From contig CAWBYW010000009.1 of assembly GCA_963792965.1 (NCBI GenBank), positions 96,001 to 160,000 of the forward strand: DNA of 64,000 nucleotides. Reading direction: 5' to 3'. Under the pieces are notes generated by a model, which saw only the letters and a program-made list of their open reading frames with translations, did no database searches and was not told where the DNA came from. Shown one piece after another: positions 19,437 through 28,772 of the stretch. Numbering within the stretch: position 1 is the first letter of the stretch; every line of letters begins with the position of its first letter. This DNA is from an uncultured delta proteobacterium (GTDB lineage Bacteria; Desulfobacterota; Zymogenia; Zymogenales; Zymogenaceae). Made by a program: the position numbers and the translations under genes.

Positions 19437-19826
19437 TTATTTCTTTGAATCGGTGTCCTCGGCGGCGAGATAATCGAGAATAACCTCGTCGAGAGATTTC
19501 TCGGAGATTACGGTGTCCCCGAATACGACCTCTCCCTTTTTCGCCTCGACAACCGCTTCTTTCCCTGCCCTCTCAAACACGCCGTTCTTGAGATCGAAGA
19601 GCATCAGCTTATGCTGTTCTTTCATAATCTCCCGCACCACTTCTTCCATCTTATCGGAGCTGACGATATCCGAGTAGCTGGTGCGTTTTGAAGAAAGGAT
19701 AGTCCCGCCTTTATACAGAAGGGTTGTTACCACAGGATTTTCTATGCCGCTGTCCTCAGTCTGGATATGATAGAGGACGCCCCGATACCGAATGTTGTGA
19801 TTGAATCCCGGAATCATACCATACAA
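19437..19826 (-). CDS. Hypothetical protein (GFNHNIRYRGVLYHIQTEDSG)
   Basis: 129-aa ORF with plausible codon use, between ruvB and ftsE. Confidence 0.75.
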   Translation of the reverse strand: MYGMIPGFNHNIRYRGVLYHIQTEDSGIENPVVTTLLYKGGTILSSKRTSYSDIVSSDKMEEVVREIMKEQHKLMLFDLKNGVFERAGKEAVVEAKKGEVVFGDTVISEKSLDEVILDYLAAEDTDSKK

Positions 19827-19925
19827 CCCCTCTCCACTATGATAGGAGAGTCTTCGGATACCGATACTAATTTATCGGGTTTGATCATTTTTTATACCAT
19901 AACCACCGGATTTCCGCAAGAAAAT

Positions 19926-20945
19926 TTATTCAAAGAGACCCTTTTGCTTCTCCTTGGGTATACGGTCAAAGTGTTGATAGGCGCGCCGTGTCGCAACCCT
20001 TCCCCGCGGCGTCCGGTCAAGATACCCTTCCTGGATCAGGTACGGCTCATAGAGGTCTTCAATGGTATCCTTATTCTCACCGATGGCGGCAGACAGCGTC
20101 TCGATGCCCACCGGCCCCCCGTCGAATTTGTCTATGATCGTCAGCATGAGTTTCCGGTCCATCTCGTCAAATCCGGCCTCATCGACGTTGAAAAGGACGA
20201 GCGCCTCGTGCGCCACGCCACCGTCGATGACGCCGTCCGCCCTCACCTGGGCGAAGTCCCGAACCCTCCTGACCAGCCGGTTGACCACGCGCGGCGTCCC
20301 CCGGGCTCGGGAGGCGATCTGCTGGGCCCCATCCCCGGTCATCTCGATGCCGAGGATCGAGGCGGTGCGGCGGGCGATCGTAACCAGGTCCTGCGCGTTA
20401 TAAAAGTCAAGCCGCGCCACCACCCCGAACCGGTCCCTCAGGGGGGAGGTGATGAGGCCCGCCCTCGTGGTGGCCCCGATCAGGGTATAGTGGGAAAGGT
20501 TCAGCTTGATGCTGCGGGCGCTCGGACCCTGCCCGATGATGACGTCCAGCTCGTAGTCCTCCATCGCCGGGTAGAGGATCTCCTCGACCACGGGAGAAAG
20601 GCGGTGGATCTCGTCGATGAAGAGGATCTCGCGCTCCTCGAGATTGGTGAGGATTGCGGCCAGGTCCCCCGCGCGCTCGATGACGGGGCCGGAGGTCGTC
20701 CTGATGGGGACGCCCAGCTCATGGGAGATGACGTAGGCAAGCGTCGTTTTACCGAGGCCCGGCGGCCCATAGAGGAGGACGTGATCGAGTGCCTCCTTGC
20801 GCTGCCGGGCCGCCTCGATGAAGATCGAGAGGTTTTCCTTGATCTTCTCTTGCCCGACGAACTCGGTCAGACGTTTGGGCCTCAGTCCCTCCTCGAACAA
20901 ACGGTCGTCGTCAAGCGGCTGGGGGCTGTTTATTCGAGTGTCCAT
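19926..20945 (-). CDS. ruvB: Holliday junction helicase RuvB
   Basis: [33 protein letters not shown]. Confidence 0.97.
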   Translation of the reverse strand: MDTRINSPQPLDDDRLFEEGLRPKRLTEFVGQEKIKENLSIFIEAARQRKEALDHVLLYGPPGLGKTTLAYVISHELGVPIRTTSGPVIERAGDLAAILTNLEEREILFIDEIHRLSPVVEEILYPAMEDYELDVIIGQGPSARSIKLNLSHYTLIGATTRAGLITSPLRDRFGVVARLDFYNAQDLVTIARRTASILGIEMTGDGAQQIASRARGTPRVVNRLVRRVRDFAQVRADGVIDGGVAHEALVLFNVDEAGFDEMDRKLMLTIIDKFDGGPVGIETLSAAIGENKDTIEDLYEPYLIQEGYLDRTPRGRVATRRAYQHFDRIPKEKQKGLFE

Positions 20946-20954
20946 AGGGTCATC

Positions 20955-21545
20955 CTACAGCTTTGAGAGGGTCTTCAGGGCCCGTCTGAGTATATCGCCG
21001 AGGTCGCTTGTGCCCACGCCCGCCGCCTCCCTGACCGCGCCGGCGGCCTCCGAGCGGGAATAGCCGAGGTTAACGAGGGCCTCCACCACGTCGGAGAGAT
21101 CCACCGAATCCCCCGGCCGCGCGGTCTCGCCACTCAGGGCTCGTTTCGAGAGCTTCTCCTTGAGCTCCAGCACGATCCTCTCGGCCGTCTTCTTGCCGAC
21201 GCCGGGAAGCCTGATGAACGCGCTCGTGTCCCCCGCGGCGATGTACGATTCGATATCACGGGCCGACGCCCCCGAGAGGATCGTCGTGGCGAGCTTCGGC
21301 CCGATCCCGGAGACGGAGATCAGGTCGACAAAGAGGGCCCTCTCTTCTTCCGTTGCAAATCCGAAAAGAGAGATGGCGTCCTCCCGCACGTGCGTGTGGA
21401 TGACGAGGTGGACGGTCTGGCCGTTGTCGGGCAGCGCCGCGAACGTGGACAGCGGGATCGTCACCAGATAGCCGACCCCGCCGACATCCAGCACCACATG
21501 GTTGAGGGCCTTCTTGGCGATCCTTCCCGTGAGCGATGCGATCAT
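20955..21545 (-). CDS. ruvA: Holliday junction protein RuvA
   Basis: MIASLTG, GGVGY, HVREDA, SGIGPK, ALVNLGY. Confidence 0.96.
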   Translation of the reverse strand: MIASLTGRIAKKALNHVVLDVGGVGYLVTIPLSTFAALPDNGQTVHLVIHTHVREDAISLFGFATEEERALFVDLISVSGIGPKLATTILSGASARDIESYIAAGDTSAFIRLPGVGKKTAERIVLELKEKLSKRALSGETARPGDSVDLSDVVEALVNLGYSRSEAAGAVREAAGVGTSDLGDILRRALKTLSKL

Positions 21546-22025
21546 AGGGCCCCTCTGGTCAGGTGTGACTTCCGGGTGTGGAGATGACAGACGGCCACCG
21601 CAAGGGCGTCGCAGATGTGCTCGGAGGTCTTCCCCTTGATACAGAGGATTGCGCGGATCATCGACTCGACCTGCGCCTTTTCGGCGGCGCCGTATCCGGT
21701 AACCGCCGATTTTACTTCCCTCGGTGCGTATTCGAATACCGGGATACCGCGGCGTGCGGCGGCCAGGAAAACGACGCCCCGGGCGTGGGCGAGCTTGAAA
21801 GCGCTGGCAGTGTTCTTCGCATGGAAGAGGCCTTCCACGGCCACCGCCTCGGGGGACGTCTGGTCGAGGATGCTCTCGATACCCGTACAGATGATATCGA
21901 GTCTTTCTCCGAAAGTGAGCACGGCCCCCGGCCGCACCTCACCCATCGAAACGACCTGAAGCGGCTCCTCCCCACAGATCACCCCGTAGCCCGTGACGGT
22001 GATCCCAGGGTCTATCCCCACTATC
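21542..22025 (-). CDS. ruvC: Crossover junction endodeoxyribonuclease RuvC (start approximate)
   Basis: IVGIDPG, LAHARG, VTGYGAAEKAQV, DALAVA. Confidence 0.93.
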
Positions 22026-22031
22026 CTTCCG

Positions 22032-22781
22032 CTAAATATCCAGCCCCTCCATGACCTCTTCCGAGATGTCGAAATTGGCATATACGTTCTGGACGTCGTC
22101 GTTGTCGTCCAGCGCGTCCATGAGCCTGAGCATCCTTTCGGCGTCCCTCCCGGTGAGCGGAACGCTGTTCTTGGGGAGCATGGTGACCGACGCGGAGGAA
22201 ATGGGAAAGCCCTTTTTTTCGAGCGTCTCCCTGACGGTCTCGAACTCGGAAGCCTCCGTGAGGACGTCAAAGGCGCTCCCCTCGTCACTGACGTCCAGCG
22301 CTCCGGCGTCAAGCGCCGCTCCCATGAGCGAGTCTTCGTCCGTGCCTTTCTTATCGACCGTGATGACCCCCCTTTTCTCGAAGATATAGCTCACCGAGCC
22401 CGCCTCGCCGAGCCTGCCCGAGTTTCGTGAGAGGATATAACGGATGTCGGCCACCGTCCGATTTCTGTTGTCGGTGAGGACTTCAACCATCAGCGCGACG
22501 CCGCCGGGCCCGTACCCTTCATAAATGGCCTCCTCATAGTGGAAGCCTTCCGCATCTCCGGCGCCCTTCTTGATGGCCCGATCGATGTTGTCCTTGGGCA
22601 TATTGGCGGCCTTAGCGGCGGCGATGGCGGTCCGGAGCCGCGGATTGAAATTCGGGTCGGTGCCGCCTGCCCGCGTGGATACCGTCAGCTCTTTGATCAA
22701 CTTGGTAAACATCTTCCCCCGCTTCGCGTCCACCTCTCCCTTTTTGTGTTTGATGCTCGCCCATTTTGAATGGCCGGACAT
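22032..22781 (-). CDS. yebC: YebC/PmpR family protein
   Basis: [24 protein letters not shown]. Confidence 0.96.
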   Translation of the reverse strand: MSGHSKWASIKHKKGEVDAKRGKMFTKLIKELTVSTRAGGTDPNFNPRLRTAIAAAKAANMPKDNIDRAIKKGAGDAEGFHYEEAIYEGYGPGGVALMVEVLTDNRNRTVADIRYILSRNSGRLGEAGSVSYIFEKRGVITVDKKGTDEDSLMGAALDAGALDVSDEGSAFDVLTEASEFETVRETLEKKGFPISSASVTMLPKNSVPLTGRDAERMLRLMDALDDNDDVQNVYANFDISEEVMEGLDI

Positions 22782-22962
22782 ATGAATCCCCCTGTCGTAC
22801 TAGATCACTCAATCCAAAAAACCATCCTCATATTAGCACAAAAATGCCTCTTTTCAATGAAAAAAAGGAGTACCGGGATACCCGTCCATGGACGGATGAG
22901 GTCATCCGTGATACTCCTTGGCCCGCGCTCATGGGCACGTTCGGCCCAACTTCGCCCCTTGC

Positions 22963-23694
22963 CTAAAGATCCGGCTCGGTGTTGATGACGATATCCTCGA
23001 TGGAGGTTCTGCCGGGCATCGGTGTATGAAAGCGCGGATCGATCGACTGACCGCCGACGGTGAGCGTTATGCCGCCCGCGCCCGTCTCCGCCTCAAAGAC
23101 GTCCCCGGACCTTGGTCCCCAGAACCATTCGGCGCGGATCGTCTGCCCGTCGATGGTATAGCGTCCCCGAACAAGGTCCATGGTCAGGTACTTGCGGCTG
23201 ATCTTCTCGCCCGAGAAGTCGACGTTCCACGACAGCGCGATATACTGGGCCAGCCCTTCGGGCTCAAAGGTATAGATGATTGCGGGAGACGAGCTGTAAA
23301 GCGCCCAGTCGCCGAGGATCTGTTCGGGTCTTATCGACGTCTTGGTGATGGACGGTTTCTGGGGAGCGGGCGTTCCCTCATCCGGCACGATGACGCCCGC
23401 ATCAAGCGTGATAAATCGGCCGAAGATGTATCCCTTCTTCCCCTTGAAGACGACCGCGTACCACACATCGAACTGCCCGTTGATAGTTTCGGAGACGTTC
23501 GTCCGCGCGCTCACCTCCAAGCGTGTCCCCTTGTTGATTTGGTCGAGTATTGTGGCGGTGGCTTTCGGCGCTTCCCGGATCCGTACCCCGTCGCCGGCGA
23601 TGGTCGCGTTCTCCACCCCGAACAGCGGGGCCGATACCACGGATACGACGCACAGGGCCCATAACAAGAAAATGGGGAGCATTGTCTTTCTCAT
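22963..23694 (-). CDS. Exported SH3-domain protein
   Basis: Signal peptide, GDGVRIREAP...WYAV...GYIFGRF. Confidence 0.75.
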   Translation of the reverse strand: MRKTMLPIFLLWALCVVSVVSAPLFGVENATIAGDGVRIREAPKATATILDQINKGTRLEVSARTNVSETINGQFDVWYAVVFKGKKGYIFGRFITLDAGVIVPDEGTPAPQKPSITKTSIRPEQILGDWALYSSSPAIIYTFEPEGLAQYIALSWNVDFSGEKISRKYLTMDLVRGRYTIDGQTIRAEWFWGPRSGDVFEAETGAGGITLTVGGQSIDPRFHTPMPGRTSIEDIVINTEPDL

Positions 23695-23775
23695 ACATCC
23701 CTCATGCATGCGGGTTTTCTTATCGGCCTGGCCGCATCTTATCCAGGGGCGACGTCCGCCGGAACGGCCGGGCAC

Positions 23776-24228
23776 CTAAGGAAAGACCTCCTTCCCCTTC
23801 TGAGAGAAGAGCTTCAGGGCGTCCGACGCTGAGCGGATAAACGTGAAGGTAACCATCCCCGTCGTCACTTCCGAAGGTCGATTCGATCCCGTCATCCTCG
23901 TCTTTTTCCAGCGGGCATCCATGAACACCTCGTTTTTCTCGTCGCCCGTCCAAATCCGCTCCGGGACGATTTCGAGCTCAATCGAGGAGGCCGTATCGAG
24001 ACTCTTCTCGATCCGGGCCTGAAGATCCCCGTACCCCTCGAGGTATCGGGCGGACACAAGGGCCATGAACCCCCTTCCGTCGCGGCTTTCATAGGCCAGG
24101 CAGAGCTTGTCGACGACGTTTCGGGCGAGGTCTTCGGTCGACATCTTTGGAGGGGGGGTAGCGGTGGTCGTCGCGCAGGCAAAGAGGACAGCGATGGCCA
24201 CCATCGGATACCAGTTTCTGATTCTCAT
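23776..24228 (-). CDS. Lipoprotein, possibly NTF2-like
   Basis: Lipobox LFAC; 150 aa. Confidence 0.7.
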   Translation of the reverse strand: MRIRNWYPMVAIAVLFACATTTATPPPKMSTEDLARNVVDKLCLAYESRDGRGFMALVSARYLEGYGDLQARIEKSLDTASSIELEIVPERIWTGDEKNEVFMDARWKKTRMTGSNRPSEVTTGMVTFTFIRSASDALKLFSQKGKEVFP

Positions 24229-24282
24229 CTCTCTTCCGTCTAAAAATTGTTTTATACTACACTACCGGCGATTCGGTAAAGC

Positions 24283-24315
24283 AAAAAAAGGCCCCGCGTC
24301 AGGACGTGGGGCCTT
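24283..24315 (-). terminator. Rho-independent terminator after the OmpA-family gene
   Basis: Minus strand AAGGCCCCACGTCCTGACGCGGGGCC followed by TTTTTTT. Confidence 0.7.
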
Positions 24316-24332
24316 GCGTGCGTCGCGCTCCG

Positions 24333-24992
24333 TCAGTGGGTCGGCGAGACGATGGTGGCTTCCACGCGGCGGTTGCGCTGCTTATTGTACGGGGTGTCGT
24401 TGGGAACCAGGGGCCGGTCTTCGCCATATCCATAGGCGGTGATTCTCCGGGGATCTACCCCGTAGGACACCAGGGCGGTCCTCACGGCGTTTGCCCGCAG
24501 CTCGGAGAGGATCTGGTTATATTCCCGTGTGCCGTCGCTGTCCGTGTGCCCCTCTACGATCACCGAGGTGGACGGATCGTCGTTGATGATGCCCGCCACC
24601 CGTGACAGCTCTGCGTAGGCGCCGGGCATTAGCTCGGCGCTCCCGGTGGCAAAAAGGGTATCGTTGGGGAAATAGGCAGTAAGCCGGTTGCCGTTTCGCG
24701 ATGTCTCGTAACCCATGTCCCTGAGGTCCTGTTCCTGTCTCTCGAGCGCATACCCGATCGCGCCACCGACGATAACGCCACTGGCGGCCCCGATGGCCGC
24801 CCCCGTGCCGGCATTCCCCGACGCCGAGCCGATGGCCGCCCCAAGACCCGCGCCGACCAGCCCCCCAATCAGGGCGCCGCTTTCGGTCTTCGTCAGCCCG
24901 CCCCCGGGGGCACAGCTGACGAGGACGAAGATCAATGCCGTCGCAAGGAGAAGAAACGACGAGAAACCTTCTTTCCTACGTATCCGGTTCAT
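24333..24992 (-). CDS. OmpA-family lipoprotein with glycine zipper
   Basis: Lipobox VSC, glycine zipper, VEGHTD, LSELRA, NRRVE. Confidence 0.92.
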   Translation of the reverse strand: MNRIRRKEGFSSFLLLATALIFVLVSCAPGGGLTKTESGALIGGLVGAGLGAAIGSASGNAGTGAAIGAASGVIVGGAIGYALERQEQDLRDMGYETSRNGNRLTAYFPNDTLFATGSAELMPGAYAELSRVAGIINDDPSTSVIVEGHTDSDGTREYNQILSELRANAVRTALVSYGVDPRRITAYGYGEDRPLVPNDTPYNKQRNRRVEATIVSPTH

Positions 24993-25022
24993 GGACCGCG
25001 CCTCCTCTCGTTGTGGAGATAG

Positions 25023-25622
25023 CTACTGGCCGTTATACCCGGGAGACATCAAGCGGCGATTCTGCTTCTGGTAGTAGTCTTCGGAATAGGGTGTTGTGCT
25101 CGGTGTGGAAGGGCCGGTGTCGTTGCCCGAGTAGGCGCCCTCATTCCCGGAGGGATAACGCTCCTCGGGAGCTGGGCCGTTTCCGTAGTCCTGTCGATAT
25201 CCGTAGCCGGGGTCGTATCCGTAGTTGGGCTCGTATCCGGAAGGCGGCCTGTTATCACATCCTCTCCGATAATACCGGTCGTTGTAGTAGGAATCACCGT
25301 AGTAGGAGTTGTTGTAATAGGAATCGTCATAGGAGGGATCGTAGTAACCGTATCGGTCATTATATTCGGTGGTGTACCCGAGCAGTCCGCCGACGATCGT
25401 GCCCGCCAGGGCCCCGATGCCCGCGCCCTCGCCGGCGTGGCCGGTCGCCGAGCCGATGGCCGCCCCGAGCCCCGCGCCGTAGAGCGTTCCCAAGAGGGCC
25501 CCGCCCCCGGTATAGGTGAGCCCGGGTCCGTAGGGTCCGTAGGCGCAGCCAAAGAGGAGAACGGCGGCCGCCGCGATGAGCAAAACCCTGCCTCTCGTTG
25601 TCTTTATTGTCTTGTTGCTCAT
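25023..25622 (-). CDS. Glycine-zipper lipoprotein with Tyr/Gly/Ser/Asn-rich tail
   Basis: Lipobox LFGC, GAGLGAAIGSATGHAGEGAGIGA, SYY-rich low-complexity C-terminus. Confidence 0.8.
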   Translation of the reverse strand: MSNKTIKTTRGRVLLIAAAAVLLFGCAYGPYGPGLTYTGGGALLGTLYGAGLGAAIGSATGHAGEGAGIGALAGTIVGGLLGYTTEYNDRYGYYDPSYDDSYYNNSYYGDSYYNDRYYRRGCDNRPPSGYEPNYGYDPGYGYRQDYGNGPAPEERYPSGNEGAYSGNDTGPSTPSTTPYSEDYYQKQNRRLMSPGYNGQ

Positions 25623-25853
25623 GATCGTTACTCCTTCCATCTCACGTTAAATACACGATAAGAATATCGTCATTTCAAGCGCAATTATATGACCGGGGTC
25701 ACAGTCGAGGGGCGTCGCGAGGTTAAATATAACGGATTTAGTAGCGTATTACGGGGCGCACTCCGCACCGCTCGCCGGAGTCGGCCTCAAGACGGGAGAA
25801 GGGACCCGAAAAGGGAGAGAAGTCGTGCCGTTTACCGGGTTCGGCGGGATTTT

Positions 25854-27011
25854 CTACAGGGAGATACAGTAGAGCCAGCCCTGGTCCGTCCCGATATAGA
25901 CCCTTCCGAAATAGATGGCGGGCTTCACCCGGACACCCCCTTCGAGCTCCGCACCCCAGAGAGTTCTTCCGGTCTTTGAGCAGAGGCAGAGGACTTTGCC
26001 CTGATAATCGGCGACAACGAGGAATTTCCCGGCCAGGACCATCTTCTGGACGCAAATCTCGCCGGTATCGGCCTCCCAGAGCGTCCGCTTGTCTGCCAGG
26101 TCGACGGCCGCGATTCGCGAATAGCCGCCCGGATCGCCCGAGAGCGCCCTGAGGCTCCCGTTGAGGAAGTAGAGCCCCCCGGCGGTATACAGCCGGTTTC
26201 TCATGAGGATCGGGGGCGCCCCGGCCTCGATCGCGTTAAGTCCGATGGATCCGAGGTAGCGCCGCCACGAGTTGTAGTGGGTGTCCCCGCTCTTGCTCCG
26301 ATAGGGGATGAGGTACTCATCGCGAAACAAATAGACGGTCTGGTCCCAGACCACCGGCGCCGAGAAGTAGATGATGTCCCGGTAGCCCTCTTCCTTTTCT
26401 TTACCGGTGAGCTTGGTGATCCAGGCGATCTCGCCGTTCTTGGCCCACACCGCCAGCAGGTGGGAGAGCGTCCGAAAATATATCCGCTCTCCGTCGGTGA
26501 CGGGCCCGAACTTCAGGATGATCCGGTGACCCGCCAGGTCTTTTTCCCACAGGACGCGGCGCCGCTTCAGGTCGTATCCGATGAGGGCCGAATCCCCCCC
26601 GTCTCCCACAAAGCCGAAGAAAGCCTTCTTCCCAACCACGAGCGGGACTCCCGCGGTGCCGGAGTTCTTAGCGTAGATCCGCTCCATGGTCGACAGGTCG
26701 TAGATATGGTTGCTCTTGACCGAATTGGCCTCGGGCGGTGGCGGGGCCACTCCTTTGATATCGGCGCTGCCCAGCCCGGAGAAGGAGAAATAGTGGGCTT
26801 CCGCGTGCCCCATCCGCTCGGCGTACTTTTCGGTATCGGCCATGGTGCCGCTCGTCGCGTTGAAGGCGTAGAGGTACCCCCCTGATTCGATGACCAGATA
26901 GCGGTCCACGACGATCAGCGGGTTGACGACCGGCTCAGACAGCCTCCGCTTCCAGAGGACGGAGCCGACCCTGATCCCCTCTTCCTTCTTTTGTGGTAGA
27001 TGGTAATCCAC
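25854..27011 (-). CDS. PQQ-like beta-propeller repeat protein
   Basis: Repeated xxGxxxW units (KNGEIAW, KTGRTLW), VYIGTDQGWLY. Confidence 0.75.
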   Translation of the reverse strand: MDYHLPQKKEEGIRVGSVLWKRRLSEPVVNPLIVVDRYLVIESGGYLYAFNATSGTMADTEKYAERMGHAEAHYFSFSGLGSADIKGVAPPPPEANSVKSNHIYDLSTMERIYAKNSGTAGVPLVVGKKAFFGFVGDGGDSALIGYDLKRRRVLWEKDLAGHRIILKFGPVTDGERIYFRTLSHLLAVWAKNGEIAWITKLTGKEKEEGYRDIIYFSAPVVWDQTVYLFRDEYLIPYRSKSGDTHYNSWRRYLGSIGLNAIEAGAPPILMRNRLYTAGGLYFLNGSLRALSGDPGGYSRIAAVDLADKRTLWEADTGEICVQKMVLAGKFLVVADYQGKVLCLCSKTGRTLWGAELEGGVRVKPAIYFGRVYIGTDQGWLYCISL

Positions 27012-27150
27012 GCTAACTCCCAGACGAAAGGGCTTTAGATTGTAGCACATTGTAGGGCGGAGTCAATACTAAAAATACGCCGGACATACGCGGCCTCGGT
27101 GGGGGAAAGAGCCGGTCGGACGCCCGTTTTCGCCCCCGGAGTGGTTTGTA

Positions 27151-27666
27151 TCAGAGCATCCTGTCGTAACGCTGCTCCGTCCGTTCTTTTCCCCACATCT
27201 CTTTCTTGTGCTGATCCGTGAGGTCAAACCCCATCGACCGATAGAGCGCGGCGGCCTCGGTGTGGACATCCACGGTCATGAGGAATACCCGGCAATAGCC
27301 GGATTCACTGCAAAACGAGAGCGCCTCCTTAAGCAGGAGACGACCGATGCCGAGGCCCCGGATAGCGGGGTCAAGGAGAAACCACCGGAGCTGGGCCTCT
27401 TCGGGGGAGAAGTCCACGACGGCCAGCGAGCCGACGATCTTGTCGTCCTTTTGGAGGATCCATATGCGTTGACGATTGCTTCTTGACAACACGAACTGCG
27501 CCAGCGGAGCCGCCACATACGCCTCGAAGGTAGTGTCGTAGCCGTACTGGCTCGCGTAGAGAATCCCGTGAAGTTTGACGATCGCGCCGAAGTCGCCGGG
27601 CTTCAAATGATGTCTGACGGTAATGTTATCGGGGAGGCGGTCACCACGACGAGGTTTGTCGACCAT
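27151..27666 (-). CDS. GNAT N-acetyltransferase
   Basis: AQLRWFLLDPAIRGLGIG, AAALYRSMGF. Confidence 0.88.
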   Translation of the reverse strand: MVDKPRRGDRLPDNITVRHHLKPGDFGAIVKLHGILYASQYGYDTTFEAYVAAPLAQFVLSRSNRQRIWILQKDDKIVGSLAVVDFSPEEAQLRWFLLDPAIRGLGIGRLLLKEALSFCSESGYCRVFLMTVDVHTEAAALYRSMGFDLTDQHKKEMWGKERTEQRYDRML

Positions 27667-27899
27667 GACACCGGATTCCTTTCAACGGCAGAGATGAACC
27701 GTCGTCATGATAACCCCTTCATGGTGTCATTGCCAGAGAAAAAGGCCCCCCGTCTTTCCGGTGTCCTGTCTCAGGAAAACGGAAGGAATCGCTATCGCTT
27801 TTTATTTTCTTGTCCCGTAAGCGATTGTCGACACTCGAAAGGTGTGGACATGCGCGACGATCTGTGATATGAAAAATAAACTAAATCGATACCAGTTCA

Positions 27900-28766
27900 T
27901 TGACGGCAGACTCTACCGTGAAAAAGATCGGCATCATCGCCAAGAGAAACAAGAAAGAAGCGGTCGATATCGTGGCCGAGCTTGTCCCGTGGCTCAACGA
28001 GCGCGGGATTGAGGCCCTTGTCGACACTGAAACCGCCGACAGGGCCGGGATCGCCTCCGATATCCGCGCGGAGGATATCCCGCGTGACGCCGACGGAATA
28101 ATCGTCCTCGGCGGAGACGGGACGCTCCTTTTGGCGGCACGGCTCACCGGCGAGCGCGAGATCCCGATCCTCGGGGTCAACCTCGGCAGCCTCGGCTTTC
28201 TCACGGACGTGGCGGTCCCCGAGCTGAAAAACGTCCTTTCGAGCATGATCGCCGACGATTTTCGTGTGGGACGGCGCATGATGCTCGAGGCGGTGGTGGA
28301 GACACACGGCAGGAAGGAGACCTTCTCGGTCCTCAACGATGTCGTCGTCAACAAGGGAAACCTCGCCCGGACCATCAGGCTCGAAGTGTCGGTGAACGGG
28401 GCCTTCCTGACGGTATTCAACGGTGACGGCCTGATCATCTCGACGCCGACCGGCTCCACCGCGTATTCGCTCTCGGCCGGCGGGCCGATCGTCCACCCGA
28501 CGCTCTCGGCCGTCATCATCACCCCGATCTGTCCCCATACCCTCACCAACCGCCCCATCGTCGTCCCCGACTCATCGATGATCGACGTGCGCCTTGCCTC
28601 CGGCGACGGCAACGTCTCGGTCACGCTCGACGGCCAGGTGGGGACGGACTTTTCGCACGAGCACCGGCTGACGATTCATAAATCGGCCAAGGAGATTTTG
28701 CTGGTCGAGCCGCCCGACCGGGATTACTTTGAGATCCTCAGGACCAAACTGAACTGGGGAAGGTAA
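27900..28766 (+). CDS. nadK: NAD(+) kinase
   Basis: GGDGT, LNDVV, STPTGSTAYSLSAGG. Confidence 0.95.
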   Translation: MTADSTVKKIGIIAKRNKKEAVDIVAELVPWLNERGIEALVDTETADRAGIASDIRAEDIPRDADGIIVLGGDGTLLLAARLTGEREIPILGVNLGSLGFLTDVAVPELKNVLSSMIADDFRVGRRMMLEAVVETHGRKETFSVLNDVVVNKGNLARTIRLEVSVNGAFLTVFNGDGLIISTPTGSTAYSLSAGGPIVHPTLSAVIITPICPHTLTNRPIVVPDSSMIDVRLASGDGNVSVTLDGQVGTDFSHEHRLTIHKSAKEILLVEPPDRDYFEILRTKLNWGR

Positions 28767-28772
28767 GGGAGC

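Noticed and set aside
21542-22312. 256-aa RuvC with long N-terminal extension
   Set aside because: The extension is an alternative frame of yebC; RuvC homology starts at IVGIDPG near 22025
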